From Alphaproteobacteria bacterium (GTDB taxonomy: Bacteria > Pseudomonadota > Alphaproteobacteria > Rickettsiales > SXRF01): a stretch of DNA of 64,000 bases. The DNA is taken from the NCBI GenBank assembly GCA_046344715.1, contig JBKDKX010000016.1, positions 4,194-68,193 on the forward strand, written 5' to 3'. Shown piece after piece: positions 1 through 10,878 of the stretch. The translations under genes and the position numbers were made by a program. Within the stretch, counting starts at the first letter, position 1. Every line of letters begins with the position of its first letter. The notes under the pieces were generated by a model, which was not told where the DNA came from, ran no database searches, and saw only the letters and a program-made list of their open reading frames with translations.

Positions 1-1172
<1,172 letters not shown>

Positions 1173-1188
1173 TCACTCGCTGTTTACT

Positions 1189-1253
1189 GTCATTCTGAGC
1201 GCAGCGAAGAATCTTATAACGCAAAGATCCTTCGGCTTTGGCCTCAGGATGAC
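1189..1253. repeat. Imperfect palindromic intergenic element, GTCAT...ATGAC family, copy 1
   Basis: gtcattctgagcgcagcgaagaatc ... gatccttcggctttggcctcaggatgac. The two arms are imperfect reverse complements. Confidence 0.6.
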
Positions 1254-1501
1254 ACGTTGTGTCACTTTGCGGGATGCTTCTAGCGGTTTTCAAGGGGGTT
1301 GTCTACCGTGAAATAGCCTGAAATAACCCCCATATGGATTGTTACAATTTAATGATATGTGAAGATGGTAGTGCACTAACTTTATAAAATATCAATATAT
1401 TACAATTTGCTAGCAATATTTCTCTAAGGCTGGATTTGAGTAGAGAAACTTTACAAATTTACGGATTAAGGTAAATTATATGCCTATTACATCAAGACAT
1501 A

Positions 1502-2380
1502 GTGGGTATTCGGATGGCAGGAAAGCGACGCGTCGAACGCAGAAAACACCTTGAAGGTAGAAAAAGATGGGACGAAGATGAGAGATCGCTGAGAAAGTTC
1601 AAGATTGGTGAGAAAGTGGTGATTGCCGGATCGCTTGCAACACTCGCCTATTGTGGTGGGCAGCGAGCAGGTTTGTGGGATGATACTTTGCCACCGCCTG
1701 ATATGCTTTCACCGGAACTACTTAGCCCACCACCCGCAGAGGCTCCTGCCGATATTGAAACCGGCCGTCCGGATGTGGATATGGAACGAGTAAGGCAGGC
1801 AGTGGAAGAGGCTAGACAAAAGCGGGATGGAAATAGTGGTGCAACTAAACAAATGTCCAAACCCGAAACAGGGGGTATTTACACTCCATCAGGATCATCC
1901 TTTGTTGAAACCGTAGGCACACCAGAAACGCCCGAGCAAAAAGCCGAGCGCGAAAAAAAATATACAAAAGATGTAAATGCAGGGCTTTTGGTTGAGCGTA
2001 GCGCGGAGAAGATTCTGGCTGACAAGGAACTAGCCATTAAGCGGATTTTTGAGCACATGCTGAAACCTCAGAATGAGGCGTATAACAATATTCCTTCAGA
2101 GGAAGGTTCTCGCATTACCCAAAATGAATGTTATAAAGCGATTGAGCAGGCATTTCTTCGCAGGGCGATGGGTAACGAAGCGGCAACGCCAGCTGAAACC
2201 AAGAAATACTGGGATAGTTTATCGCAATCCGAAAAAGATGCACTAAGCCGGCAAATACTAGAGGCGCGTGATGTCGGTGGCGCATTTGGCATGCAGGCGT
2301 TTAATCCGATTCAGGAAGCGCTGAATCAATATCTGCGTGACCACCCTGAACTCAATCAGGGGCAGGGCAGAGGCCGCTAA
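1502..2380 (+). CDS. Hypothetical protein (basic N-terminus, one hydrophobic segment, Pro-rich linker)
   Basis: Long ORF with no recognisable catalytic motif. The first ATG is at 1514. Confidence 0.4.
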   Translation: MGIRMAGKRRVERRKHLEGRKRWDEDERSLRKFKIGEKVVIAGSLATLAYCGGQRAGLWDDTLPPPDMLSPELLSPPPAEAPADIETGRPDVDMERVRQAVEEARQKRDGNSGATKQMSKPETGGIYTPSGSSFVETVGTPETPEQKAEREKKYTKDVNAGLLVERSAEKILADKELAIKRIFEHMLKPQNEAYNNIPSEEGSRITQNECYKAIEQAFLRRAMGNEAATPAETKKYWDSLSQSEKDALSRQILEARDVGGAFGMQAFNPIQEALNQYLRDHPELNQGQGRGR

Positions 2381-3675
2381 GCCGCTTTTGCCTGACCTGA
2401 AGCGGCTTTCAATGCTTGGTCAAAATCCGCCATAATATCCTCGGCATGTTCTAGGCCGATGGATACGCGCACACCTTCCGGTTTAATGCCTACTTTTGCC
2501 TGATGCTCTGGAGATAGCTGGTGGTGTGTGGTGGATGCAGGATGGATGATAAGGCTGCGAGTGTCACCAATATTGGCCACATGCTTCACCAGTTTGAGGT
2601 TTTCCACCATCTGTTTTGCCGCTTCATAGCCGCGCTTTACACCAAAGGTGAATACCGCACCAAAGCCGTTTGGGGAGTATTTCTTGGCCACCGCATGGTA
2701 TGGGCTGTCTGGCAAACCGGCATAACTCACCCAATTCACTTCCGGATGTTTTGAAAGGAAATTGGCTACTGCCATTGCATTGTCGCAGTGGCGCTGTACG
2801 CGCAGGCTTAATGTTTCCAATCCATTGATAGTAAGCGAGGCATTCATCGGGCTCTGGCAGGCGCCAAGGTCACGCAGGCCCACCGCGTGTGCGCGCATGG
2901 TGAAGGCCATTTCGCCAAAGGTTTTGAAGAATTCCAGCCCGTCATAGCAAGGGTCTGGTTTTACCATCATCGGGAATTTATCGTTCTGTGCCCAGTTAAA
3001 TTTGCCGGAATCCACAATAATACCGCCCATAGCCGAGCCATTGCCGGTGATAAACTTGGTGGTTGAATGCAGCACAATATCAGCGCCCCATTCGATCGGG
3101 CGAATGAGGTAGGGGCTTGCCATGGTGTTATCGACCAGCAGCGGAATGCCATGCTTATGGGCAATTTTGGCCAACGCTTCAATATCGGCTACTACGCCTG
3201 CTGGGTTAGCAAAACTTTCGCAGTAAATGCCCTTGGTCTTGGGGGTAATGGCTGCTTCCACGGCCTTGTGATCCGTAATATCTACAAAATGCGCGCTCCA
3301 GCCGAACTGTACAAAGCTGTTCTTGAACTGGCTGGTAGAGCCGCCATACAGGCGGTTGGAGACCACAAACTCATCGCCAGAGCGCATAAGGTTGAAAAGT
3401 GCCGTCATCTGGGCGGCATGGCCGGAGGCGCAAGCGGTGGCACCTACACCACCTTCTAAAGCAGCCAGTCTTTCCTGCAGAGCTTGTACGGTGGGGTTTG
3501 TAAGACGGGAATAGACGAATCCGGCTTCTTTCAGGGTGAAGAGGTTGGCCGCATGCTCGGCATCGCGGAACTGGAAGCTCACGCTATTATATACCGGTGG
3601 CTGAAGCGAGCCGGTGGCATCGGGCGTATAACCAGCGTGGATGGCGAGTGTATCAAAGTGTTGGCGGCGGGACAT
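2377..3675 (-). CDS. metY: O-acetylhomoserine sulfhydrylase (PLP-dependent Cys/Met metabolism family)
   Basis: Full-length similarity pattern to this family, including the motif HSTTKFITGNG with the PLP lysine; 432 aa. Confidence 0.85.
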   Translation of the reverse strand: MSRRQHFDTLAIHAGYTPDATGSLQPPVYNSVSFQFRDAEHAANLFTLKEAGFVYSRLTNPTVQALQERLAALEGGVGATACASGHAAQMTALFNLMRSGDEFVVSNRLYGGSTSQFKNSFVQFGWSAHFVDITDHKAVEAAITPKTKGIYCESFANPAGVVADIEALAKIAHKHGIPLLVDNTMASPYLIRPIEWGADIVLHSTTKFITGNGSAMGGIIVDSGKFNWAQNDKFPMMVKPDPCYDGLEFFKTFGEMAFTMRAHAVGLRDLGACQSPMNASLTINGLETLSLRVQRHCDNAMAVANFLSKHPEVNWVSYAGLPDSPYHAVAKKYSPNGFGAVFTFGVKRGYEAAKQMVENLKLVKHVANIGDTRSLIIHPASTTHHQLSPEHQAKVGIKPEGVRVSIGLEHAEDIMADFDQALKAASGQAKAA

Positions 3676-3744
3676 GGATTACCTTTTTTAAGAATGTTTC
3701 GCCCAAAGAAGCATATTTTAAGGGTTTTGACAACTGTTAGCGTC

Positions 3745-3823
3745 GTCATTGCGAGCGTAGCGAAGCAATCCAGAGCTTTTGGGAACCTGGATTGCTTCGT
3801 CGTTTTTACTCCTAGCAATGACG
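3745..3823. repeat. Imperfect palindromic intergenic element, GTCAT...ATGAC family, copy 2
   Basis: gtcattgcgagcgtagcgaagcaatccag ... ctggattgcttcg ... ctagcaatgac. It produces the spurious VIASVAKQS-type ORFs. Confidence 0.65.
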
Positions 3824-4042
3824 GGTAAAGGGGTGGGGGTAAAGTTTTTGAAAAAAACTCTTAAGTGTTGCATGTTTTTGCTTTATTATTAACTCGACTT
3901 TAATTATAGAAGTCGCATCGTTAACTACGTATAGGACTATATGTTTACTATTGAAACTAAGCAGCGCTTAAAAAAGCGGTTTGTCGCGGTTCTCCTCGGC
4001 GAGCCTTAACGTAACAATTTGGATATATAGGTACTAAGATTG

Positions 4043-5305
4043 ATGAAAAATGCCCCTCTCGAGCCTGACGGCCGACTCCGACGCCAAAGCGTCCTTCCCC
4101 TCCAAAAATTTGTAACACCACAGGTTTATCCGGCGCAAAGCCAGCAGACGGAACGTTTTCGTTCGGTCGAGCACATGGTGCGTGAGACGCGTCCTGAACT
4201 GCCTGTGCATTGCCTGCGGCCTACTACTATTGGTAATGCTGCTCGCCGTTTCATGAAACTATTTCCTGGGGATACGCTGTTTGCCGTGAAAACCAACCCG
4301 GATCCGCTGGTGATTGGCTATCTTGCTGCCGCTGGTGTGTCGCATTATGACGTGGCATCCATCGCGGAAGTGAAGCTGGTGGCTGATCTTGTGCCCGATG
4401 CAAAACTCTATTTCATGCATCCGGTGAAAAGCCGCGCGGCGATTGCTGCGGCATACTTTGAGTATGGCGTGCGTGATTTCTCGCTTGATACGCAAGATGA
4501 ACTGCAAAAAATCATGGAAGTCACCGGTAATGCCGATGACCTGAACCTCTATGTGCGTGTGACTGTGCCTAACGACACGGCGTATTTGAGCCTTGCCGGT
4601 AAGTTCGGCGCAACGCCTGAGGAAGCACCTGCATTGCTGCAGGCAACCCGTGCTGTGGCAAATCGCCTTGGCGTGTGCTTCCATGTGGGTTCACAGTGCA
4701 TGGAACCGGAAGCATATGGTGTTGCTATCCATAAAGTAGCAGAGCTGCTGGATGCTTCAGGTGTGCGTATTGATGTGCTGGATATTGGTGGCGGTTTCCC
4801 GTCCATATACCCGGGCATTATGCCGCTGCCGCTTACCCATTACATGAAATCTATCAAGAAAGCCCTTGCTGCAACAAAGGCGCAATTTGGCCATTGCCAG
4901 CTTATCGCTGAGCCTGGCCGTGCGCTGGTTGCTGAAGGTGGCTCTGTTGTTGTGCGTGTGGAACTCCGTAAGGGTAACGCGCTGTACATCAACGATGGCA
5001 CGTATGGCAGCCTGTTTGATGCTGGCGTTCCGGGCTTTGTATATCCGGTAAAAGCCATGCGCCCGGGCGGAAAACTTTCCGCTGAGGTGCAGGAATTTAC
5101 CTTTTACGGCCCCACCTGCGACAGCATGGACGCCATGAAAGGTCCGTTCCACCTGCCTAAAGATATTCAGGAAGGTGACTGGATCGAAGTCGGCCAGCTT
5201 GGCTCCTATGGAAAAACCATGCGTACGGATTTCAACGGCTTTGGCGAAACCAAAACGGTGGAAGTGAGCGATAAGCCATTGCTCAACAGAGCTGCTGTAA
5301 ATTGA
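4043..5305 (+). CDS. Ornithine (or Lys/Orn) decarboxylase, alanine-racemase-fold group IV PLP decarboxylase
   Basis: FAVKTNP (PLP lysine), GGGFP, EPGRALV and CDSMD motifs. Confidence 0.85.
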   Translation: MKNAPLEPDGRLRRQSVLPLQKFVTPQVYPAQSQQTERFRSVEHMVRETRPELPVHCLRPTTIGNAARRFMKLFPGDTLFAVKTNPDPLVIGYLAAAGVSHYDVASIAEVKLVADLVPDAKLYFMHPVKSRAAIAAAYFEYGVRDFSLDTQDELQKIMEVTGNADDLNLYVRVTVPNDTAYLSLAGKFGATPEEAPALLQATRAVANRLGVCFHVGSQCMEPEAYGVAIHKVAELLDASGVRIDVLDIGGGFPSIYPGIMPLPLTHYMKSIKKALAATKAQFGHCQLIAEPGRALVAEGGSVVVRVELRKGNALYINDGTYGSLFDAGVPGFVYPVKAMRPGGKLSAEVQEFTFYGPTCDSMDAMKGPFHLPKDIQEGDWIEVGQLGSYGKTMRTDFNGFGETKTVEVSDKPLLNRAAVN

Positions 5306-5340
5306 CGGTAAGCCTTGGCGGCTTTGCCGCTTAGGCTTCC

Positions 5341-5427
5341 GTCATCCTCGGACGAGCGATAGCGAGTTCCGGGGATCTCAGGCGACATACCGTGTAATTC
5401 TAGATCCCCGCATAAAGCGGGGATGAC
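5341..5427. repeat. Imperfect palindromic intergenic element, GTCAT...ATGAC family, copy 3
   Basis: gtcatcctcgg...ccggggatct ... agatccccgcataaagcggggatgac. Confidence 0.6.
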
Positions 5428-5444
5428 TTTATAAGGAAGAAAAA

Positions 5445-6491
5445 ATGAAAACCGCAAAAAAGGCCAACACCAAACACAACCTGCTCACCAAAGAGGTGGA
5501 GCATATTGACATCACATCGTTTGACGCACGTCCCATCATCGAGCAGATGGCTGGCATGTCATTCACCTCGCGTGACCTCGCGAAGGCTACTGAGATTTAC
5601 AACATGATGCTGAAGGATAAATCCTGCTCAGTATTCCTGACGCTTGCTGGCAGCACTTCTGCTGGCGGCTGCATGCAGATGTATGTGGATATGGTGAAAA
5701 ACAACATGATCGATTGCGTGGTGGCAACCGGCGCATCCATTGTGGATATGGATTTCTTTGAAGCACTTGGCTTCAAGCATTATCAGGGCAGCCAGTTCAT
5801 GGATGATAAAACGCTGCGCGACAATTACATTGACCGTATCTATGATACTTACATTGATGAAGAACAACTGCAGGCGTGTGATCACACCATTAAAGTAATC
5901 GCAGATTCGCTTGAGCCGCGTCCGTATTCTTCGCGTGAGTTCATTCATGAAATGGGCAAATGGCTGGTAAAAAACGGCAAGAAGAAAGATTCACTCATTC
6001 AGCGTTCTTATGAACATGGCGTGCCGATTTTCTGTCCGGCATTCACCGATTCTTCTGCAGGTTTCGGCCTTGTGGTGCATCAGGTTGAGCGCATGAAAAA
6101 GAAGAAGCCATACCTCACGATTGATTCCATCGCAGACTTCCGCGAACTCACCGACATCAAAATCAAAGGCGGCACTTCCGGCCTTCTGATGGTGGGTGGC
6201 GGCGTTCCGAAGAACTTCGTGCAGGACACTGTGGTGTGCGCTGAAATTCTCGGCGTTGATGCCGAGATGCATAAATACGCGGTGCAGATTACCGTGGCGG
6301 ACGTGCGCGATGGTGCGTGTTCTTCAAGCACGCTGAAAGAAGCATCCAGCTGGGGGAAAGTAGATACTGCGTATGAGCAGATGGTGTTTGCAGAAGCAAC
6401 CAGCGTGTTGCCACTACTGGCATCAGATGCCTACCACCGTGGCTACTGGAAAAAGCGCAAAAAACGCGAATATGCGAAGTTGTTTGCCTAA
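5445..6491 (+). CDS. Deoxyhypusine synthase-like protein (probable homospermidine-type polyamine enzyme)
   Basis: DHS-family pattern: LTLAGSTSAGG, VVATGASIVDMDF, MVGGGVPKNF and a C-terminal SWGK. It lies directly downstream of the decarboxylase. Confidence 0.8.
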   Translation: MKTAKKANTKHNLLTKEVEHIDITSFDARPIIEQMAGMSFTSRDLAKATEIYNMMLKDKSCSVFLTLAGSTSAGGCMQMYVDMVKNNMIDCVVATGASIVDMDFFEALGFKHYQGSQFMDDKTLRDNYIDRIYDTYIDEEQLQACDHTIKVIADSLEPRPYSSREFIHEMGKWLVKNGKKKDSLIQRSYEHGVPIFCPAFTDSSAGFGLVVHQVERMKKKKPYLTIDSIADFRELTDIKIKGGTSGLLMVGGGVPKNFVQDTVVCAEILGVDAEMHKYAVQITVADVRDGACSSSTLKEASSWGKVDTAYEQMVFAEATSVLPLLASDAYHRGYWKKRKKREYAKLFA

Positions 6492-6492
6492 T

Positions 6493-6527
6493 AAAAAATC
6501 CCCGCCGAGATGCGGGGATTTTTTTAT
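6493..6527. terminator. Bidirectional rho-independent terminator
   Basis: Stem CCCCGC/GCGGGG flanked by an A-run and a T-run, between convergent genes. Confidence 0.6.
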
Positions 6528-6536
6528 CAGCAAATT

Positions 6537-7247
6537 CTAACGTGATTTCTCACCAGTCGCACCACGCGCAGTTTTTGCAGCGATAGCCTGTTTTAGCTGT
6601 TTGTCTGTTTCTATCAATATTTGGGCGGCTGTTTGTGGTATGTGGCGTTCTGCCTCAAATGCAGTGGTGTTTTCTTTCCTTCTCCTAAGGTTTTGCATGA
6701 GCGAGGCAACTGTAAGAAGTGCGCCGCCTATAGCCAACAACGTTGCTGGCTCAGGGACGGGGTGGGACTGAGGGCGACCTGCATCAGCAGGCTGTGGTTG
6801 CGCGGCGGATTGATTACCAGACTTTCTATCCTGATATGCAAGCACAGTTGTGCCTGAAGCAGCCATTGCGGCACCAAAGGCAAGCCCAAAACCTCCTAAA
6901 ATACTCCTGCGGGTGATGGTATCTTCGCGGCCTGCGGCATATTGCAGTGCTTTTACTTCTGTATCACTTAGGCGTTCTGTGAAAGCCTCTAGTGTTTGCG
7001 CCCTAATATCGCCTGGCTTTTCTGGCAGTGTCAGGTCTTTAAGTTTTTTGTCCGCAAAAGTTGTGATAGCTACGGCCATATCATAAGGTGTTGGCATCAT
7101 ATCCCCCTTTTTGGCTAGCTTTACAGCAAAGCGCTTCAGCGGGCTGTCATCGCCAAGCATTCTAAAGCCGGTGGCCAGTTCTTCTAGTGTGGCCTTATCC
7201 GCCTCATTCTCAGGAAGTGGGGGTTGTACAGGTGTATTATCGCTCAC
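6537..7247 (-). CDS. Hypothetical membrane protein
   Basis: ORF with two hydrophobic segments; no recognised motif. Confidence 0.4.
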   Translation of the reverse strand: MSDNTPVQPPLPENEADKATLEELATGFRMLGDDSPLKRFAVKLAKKGDMMPTPYDMAVAITTFADKKLKDLTLPEKPGDIRAQTLEAFTERLSDTEVKALQYAAGREDTITRRSILGGFGLAFGAAMAASGTTVLAYQDRKSGNQSAAQPQPADAGRPQSHPVPEPATLLAIGGALLTVASLMQNLRRRKENTTAFEAERHIPQTAAQILIETDKQLKQAIAAKTARGATGEKSR

Positions 7248-7409
7248 GTTATATGTCTCCGGTTTCGTCTGCTATTAACCATAGAACATATTAGTTAAAA
7301 ATGCTTAATATCGAGCAGGAAAAATACTTACAAAAGGTATTTTTACCCATTTTTCTTTATTTTTTAACCTCTTTACGCTAGCCTTAACCCTCCAAAAGGA
7401 AATAAGGCT

Positions 7410-8756
7410 ATGAGCAAAGAACCTATTAAATTAAAACCAAAAAAGCGCAGTAAGAAAACGGCTGCCATAAAAAAAGCAAAGGGCGAGACCTCACGCATTG
7501 GCCATAACGCCATTCAGGCGGGCATGACCAAAAACCTCATTGCCAAAGGCCGTAAGTATTACACCTTCGCTTATAAGCCACGTGACATGATTTTGGATCA
7601 TGGCAAAGGTGCAATGGTATGGGATTTAGAAGGTAAGAGTTATGTGGATTTTGGCGCCGGTATCGCTGTTTCTGCCCTTGGTCATCACAAAAAAGAATTG
7701 ATTGATGCACTGCTCGATCAGGCAAACAAGCTCTGGCACACCAGCAATATGTTTTACACTGAGCCGGTGGTTCGCCTTGCCGAAGAATTGGTGAAAGCAT
7801 CAAAATTCGCCAAGCGCGTGTTTTTTACCAATTCAGGCGGTGAGGCCAATGAAGCGGCCATTAAACTCGCCCGCAAATATGCCGCTGATAAAGGCCATCC
7901 GCCGGAACGTCGTGATATTATCACCTTCACCGGTTCATTCCATGGCCGCACGATGGCAACTGTTACGGCAACTGCACAACCGAAATATCACGCGGGTTTT
8001 GAACCGCTTCCGGGTGGGTTCAAATATTGCCCATTCAATGATTTTGATGCCATCACTAGCATGGTCAACCAGAACACCTGCGCGGTGATGCTGGAGGTGG
8101 TGCAGGGCGAGGGCGGTATTACGCCAGTAGCCCCCGGCTTCCTGCTGCATGTGCAAAACCTCTGCCATAAATATGATGCGCTGTTGATTTTAGATCAGGT
8201 GCAGTGCGGCATGGGGCGTACCGGAAAATTATTCTCGCACTTTGCGGAAGCGGGTGTGAAACCAGATGTAGTTACCATGGCAAAAGGCCTTGGTGGTGGT
8301 TTCCCGATTGGGGCATGTTTGATTGGTGATAAGGCAGAAAAAACCTTCCAGTTTGGTAGCCACGGTTCTACCTTCGGTGGTAACCCGCTCGCATGTGCGG
8401 TTTCCCGCGTAATACTAAAAAAACTGCAAGCACCCGAAGCCATGAAAAATGTGCGCGATCGTGGCAAGGAATTGATGGATGCTTTGGACGCTATCAACAC
8501 GCAGTTTGGCGTATTCAAGGAAGTGCGTGGTCGTGGCCTTATGATTGGCGCAGAGCTAACACCGCAGTGGCATGGTAAGGCCGGTGAAATATGTGAAACT
8601 GCGCGTGCGCATGGACTCATCATGTTGCAGGCCGGGCCGAATGTGCTGCGTTTCCTGCCGCCACTTACCATCACAAAAGACGAAATGCAGAAGGGTATCG
8701 ACCGGCTGAATAAAACCATGACGGCGTATCTGGCGCGTCCGGGTGCAAAAAAATGA
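7410..8756 (+). CDS. argD: Acetylornithine/succinylornithine aminotransferase (class III PLP)
   Basis: GIAVSALGH, FTNSGGEANEAAIKLAR, DQVQCGMGRTGK and GSHGSTFGGNP motifs. It has an unusual ~38 aa Lys-rich N-terminal extension; an alternative start is M39 at 7524. Confidence 0.85.
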   Translation: MSKEPIKLKPKKRSKKTAAIKKAKGETSRIGHNAIQAGMTKNLIAKGRKYYTFAYKPRDMILDHGKGAMVWDLEGKSYVDFGAGIAVSALGHHKKELIDALLDQANKLWHTSNMFYTEPVVRLAEELVKASKFAKRVFFTNSGGEANEAAIKLARKYAADKGHPPERRDIITFTGSFHGRTMATVTATAQPKYHAGFEPLPGGFKYCPFNDFDAITSMVNQNTCAVMLEVVQGEGGITPVAPGFLLHVQNLCHKYDALLILDQVQCGMGRTGKLFSHFAEAGVKPDVVTMAKGLGGGFPIGACLIGDKAEKTFQFGSHGSTFGGNPLACAVSRVILKKLQAPEAMKNVRDRGKELMDALDAINTQFGVFKEVRGRGLMIGAELTPQWHGKAGEICETARAHGLIMLQAGPNVLRFLPPLTITKDEMQKGIDRLNKTMTAYLARPGAKK

Positions 8757-9766
8757 TAGTCGTCCGTCCGGTCAAAACATCCGACCACGCGGAGATACTC
8801 ACGCTCGCAAAAGAGGCCGGCATCGGCTTTACCTCGCTTCCTGCTGACCCTCAGGTGCTGGAAAAAAAGATTGCCCGCTCGGTGGCAAGTTTTGCTGGCA
8901 AACCAGAAGCAGAAAAAGAAGAGCGTTTCTTATTTGTGCTGGAAGATACGGCAGCACACAAGCTGGTGGGCACTGTGGGCATCATCGCCCATGTTGGCCT
9001 TAAGCACCCATTTTATTCCTATAAACTTTCCACCATTGTGCAGGCGTCTGACGAGTTGGAAATATATTCGCAGCAGCGCGTGTTGCACATGGTAAATGAC
9101 TATACAGGGGCCACTGAAATAGGTTCGCTGTTTCTACTGCCTTCTTATCGCCGTGATGGCATTGGCAAATTCCTTTCGCGCTCGCGCTATTTGATGATTG
9201 CCGAATTCCCTGATGTTTTCTCAGACATTGCCATTTCTGAAATTCGTGGTGTACAGGATGAGCATGGGCAGTCGCCATTTTATACAAACCTCGCGCAGCA
9301 TTTCTTCAAAATGGATTTCAAGCGCGCCGATTTCATCAACGCCACGCAGGGCGGCCAGTTTATTTCCGACCTCATGCCGAAATATCCTATTTATGTGAAT
9401 CTGCTGGATGAACGGGCGCAGGCCGTTATCGGCCAGCCGCTTGAGGCATCACGCCCAGCCAAGCAATTATTGGAGCGGGAAGGTTTCCGCCATCAGGGAT
9501 ATATCGATGTGTTTGATGGGGGCCCAACCATGCAGGCGGAATGCACAGAGATTCGCACCGTGCGTAAAAGCAAGCGTTCGGTGGTGTCTGACATTCGCGA
9601 ACTCATGCCAAAACCGGAATATATGATTAGCAGCACTGTGATGGATAATTTCCGCATTGCGCGCGCGCCACTGGAAGAAAATGACACGGGCGTGTCCATA
9701 ACTCCGGAAACGGCGAAAGCCCTGATGCTTGATAAAGGGTGCTATGTGCGCTACATCGAGGCATGA
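8753..9766 (+). CDS. astA: Arginine N-succinyltransferase
   Basis: The N-terminus MIVVRPVKTSDHAEILTLAKEAGIGFTSLP matches the AstA pattern. Its start overlaps the stop of the upstream gene (ATGA). Confidence 0.85.
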   Translation: MIVVRPVKTSDHAEILTLAKEAGIGFTSLPADPQVLEKKIARSVASFAGKPEAEKEERFLFVLEDTAAHKLVGTVGIIAHVGLKHPFYSYKLSTIVQASDELEIYSQQRVLHMVNDYTGATEIGSLFLLPSYRRDGIGKFLSRSRYLMIAEFPDVFSDIAISEIRGVQDEHGQSPFYTNLAQHFFKMDFKRADFINATQGGQFISDLMPKYPIYVNLLDERAQAVIGQPLEASRPAKQLLEREGFRHQGYIDVFDGGPTMQAECTEIRTVRKSKRSVVSDIRELMPKPEYMISSTVMDNFRIARAPLEENDTGVSITPETAKALMLDKGCYVRYIEA

Positions 9767-10341
9767 CCAATCCCATCACGCAATTTGAACAGTGGCTTAC
9801 CGATGCCAAAAACTGCAAGGCCATTGCCGAGCCTACCGCTATGTGCATCGCAAGCGTAGGCGAGGGTGGCAAGCCATCGGCGCGCATGGTGCTGCTTAAA
9901 GATGTCGATACGCGCGGCTTTGTTTTTTATACCAATTATGAAAGCCGCAAGGGACAGGAAATTTTAGCAAACCCGCATGTGGCGCTGTGTTTCCACTGGA
10001 TGCCACTGGAGCGTCAGGTGCGTATTGAAGGTAAAGCCGAAAAAGTAAGTGATGCTGAGGCGGACGCGTATTTCAAAAGCCGCCCGCGTGAAAGCCGCAT
10101 TGGTGCATGGGCTTCAAAACAGTCACATCCGCTTTCCGGCAAGGGTGAATTGATAAAAGCAGTTGCCACAGAAACCCTACGTTTTGGTATTGGTGAGATA
10201 CCTCGTCCACCATACTGGTCTGGTTTTCGGATTGTACCGGAGGTGATTGAATTCTGGAACAACGGCGCAGCCCGCCTGCATGACCGCGAGGTGTTTACGT
10301 GCGATGGGAATGGGTGGAGTGTTACGCGTTTATATCCGTAG
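9763..10341 (+). CDS. pdxH: Pyridoxamine 5'-phosphate oxidase
   Basis: ARMVLLKDVDTRGFVFYTNYESRKG, RIGAWASKQS and a C-terminal RLYP. The ATG overlaps the astA stop. Confidence 0.9.
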   Translation: MTNPITQFEQWLTDAKNCKAIAEPTAMCIASVGEGGKPSARMVLLKDVDTRGFVFYTNYESRKGQEILANPHVALCFHWMPLERQVRIEGKAEKVSDAEADAYFKSRPRESRIGAWASKQSHPLSGKGELIKAVATETLRFGIGEIPRPPYWSGFRIVPEVIEFWNNGAARLHDREVFTCDGNGWSVTRLYP

Positions 10342-10765
10342 CATCCACATAACACGCCGGTGTTTCATACAGCCTTATGTTGGTGCAGGTGATGCCCATA
10401 TTTTTGAATAAATCTGGGCAGAGATTTTTCAATACATAATCCGCCATATTTTCCGCCGTGGGATTGGCATTTAAATAAAATATCTTCTGGCCAGTATGTT
10501 TTGCGATATCTTCGCCCAGTGGTTTATCCTTATCGAATAAAATGGTGGCATGATCCCAATGCTCATTAATCCAGCCGCCAAGCTTTTCCTTCACCACGCC
10601 AAAATCCACCACGCGCCCCAGTGAATCAAGCCCGTCAGAGGCAAAGGTGGCTTCAATAGCATATCGGTGGCCATGCAAATGCTTGCATTTGCTTTCATGG
10701 AGCATCACGCGGTGGGCGGCATCAAATTCGATACGGCGGGTACAGGTTATGGCGTTTTTTTTCAT
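10322..10765 (-). CDS. queD: 6-carboxy-5,6,7,8-tetrahydropterin synthase
   Basis: FDAAHRV and CKHLHGHRY motifs; 147 aa. Confidence 0.85.
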   Translation of the reverse strand: MKKNAITCTRRIEFDAAHRVMLHESKCKHLHGHRYAIEATFASDGLDSLGRVVDFGVVKEKLGGWINEHWDHATILFDKDKPLGEDIAKHTGQKIFYLNANPTAENMADYVLKNLCPDLFKNMGITCTNIRLYETPACYVDATDINA

Positions 10766-10878
10766 CGGGGCATTATACCGGCAAAATCGCTTGAGTTAAG
10801 CACCAATTGAGAGTACCAAGGCAAAAGTTTTCAAGGTTTTCCAATCTCCCAGCGCAAGAGGAGGGTGTATGGCACGTA

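Noticed and set aside
8195-8788. A 197-aa minus-strand ORF
   Set aside because: It is antisense to the well-supported aminotransferase gene and has a Pro/Ser/Arg-rich artefact composition.
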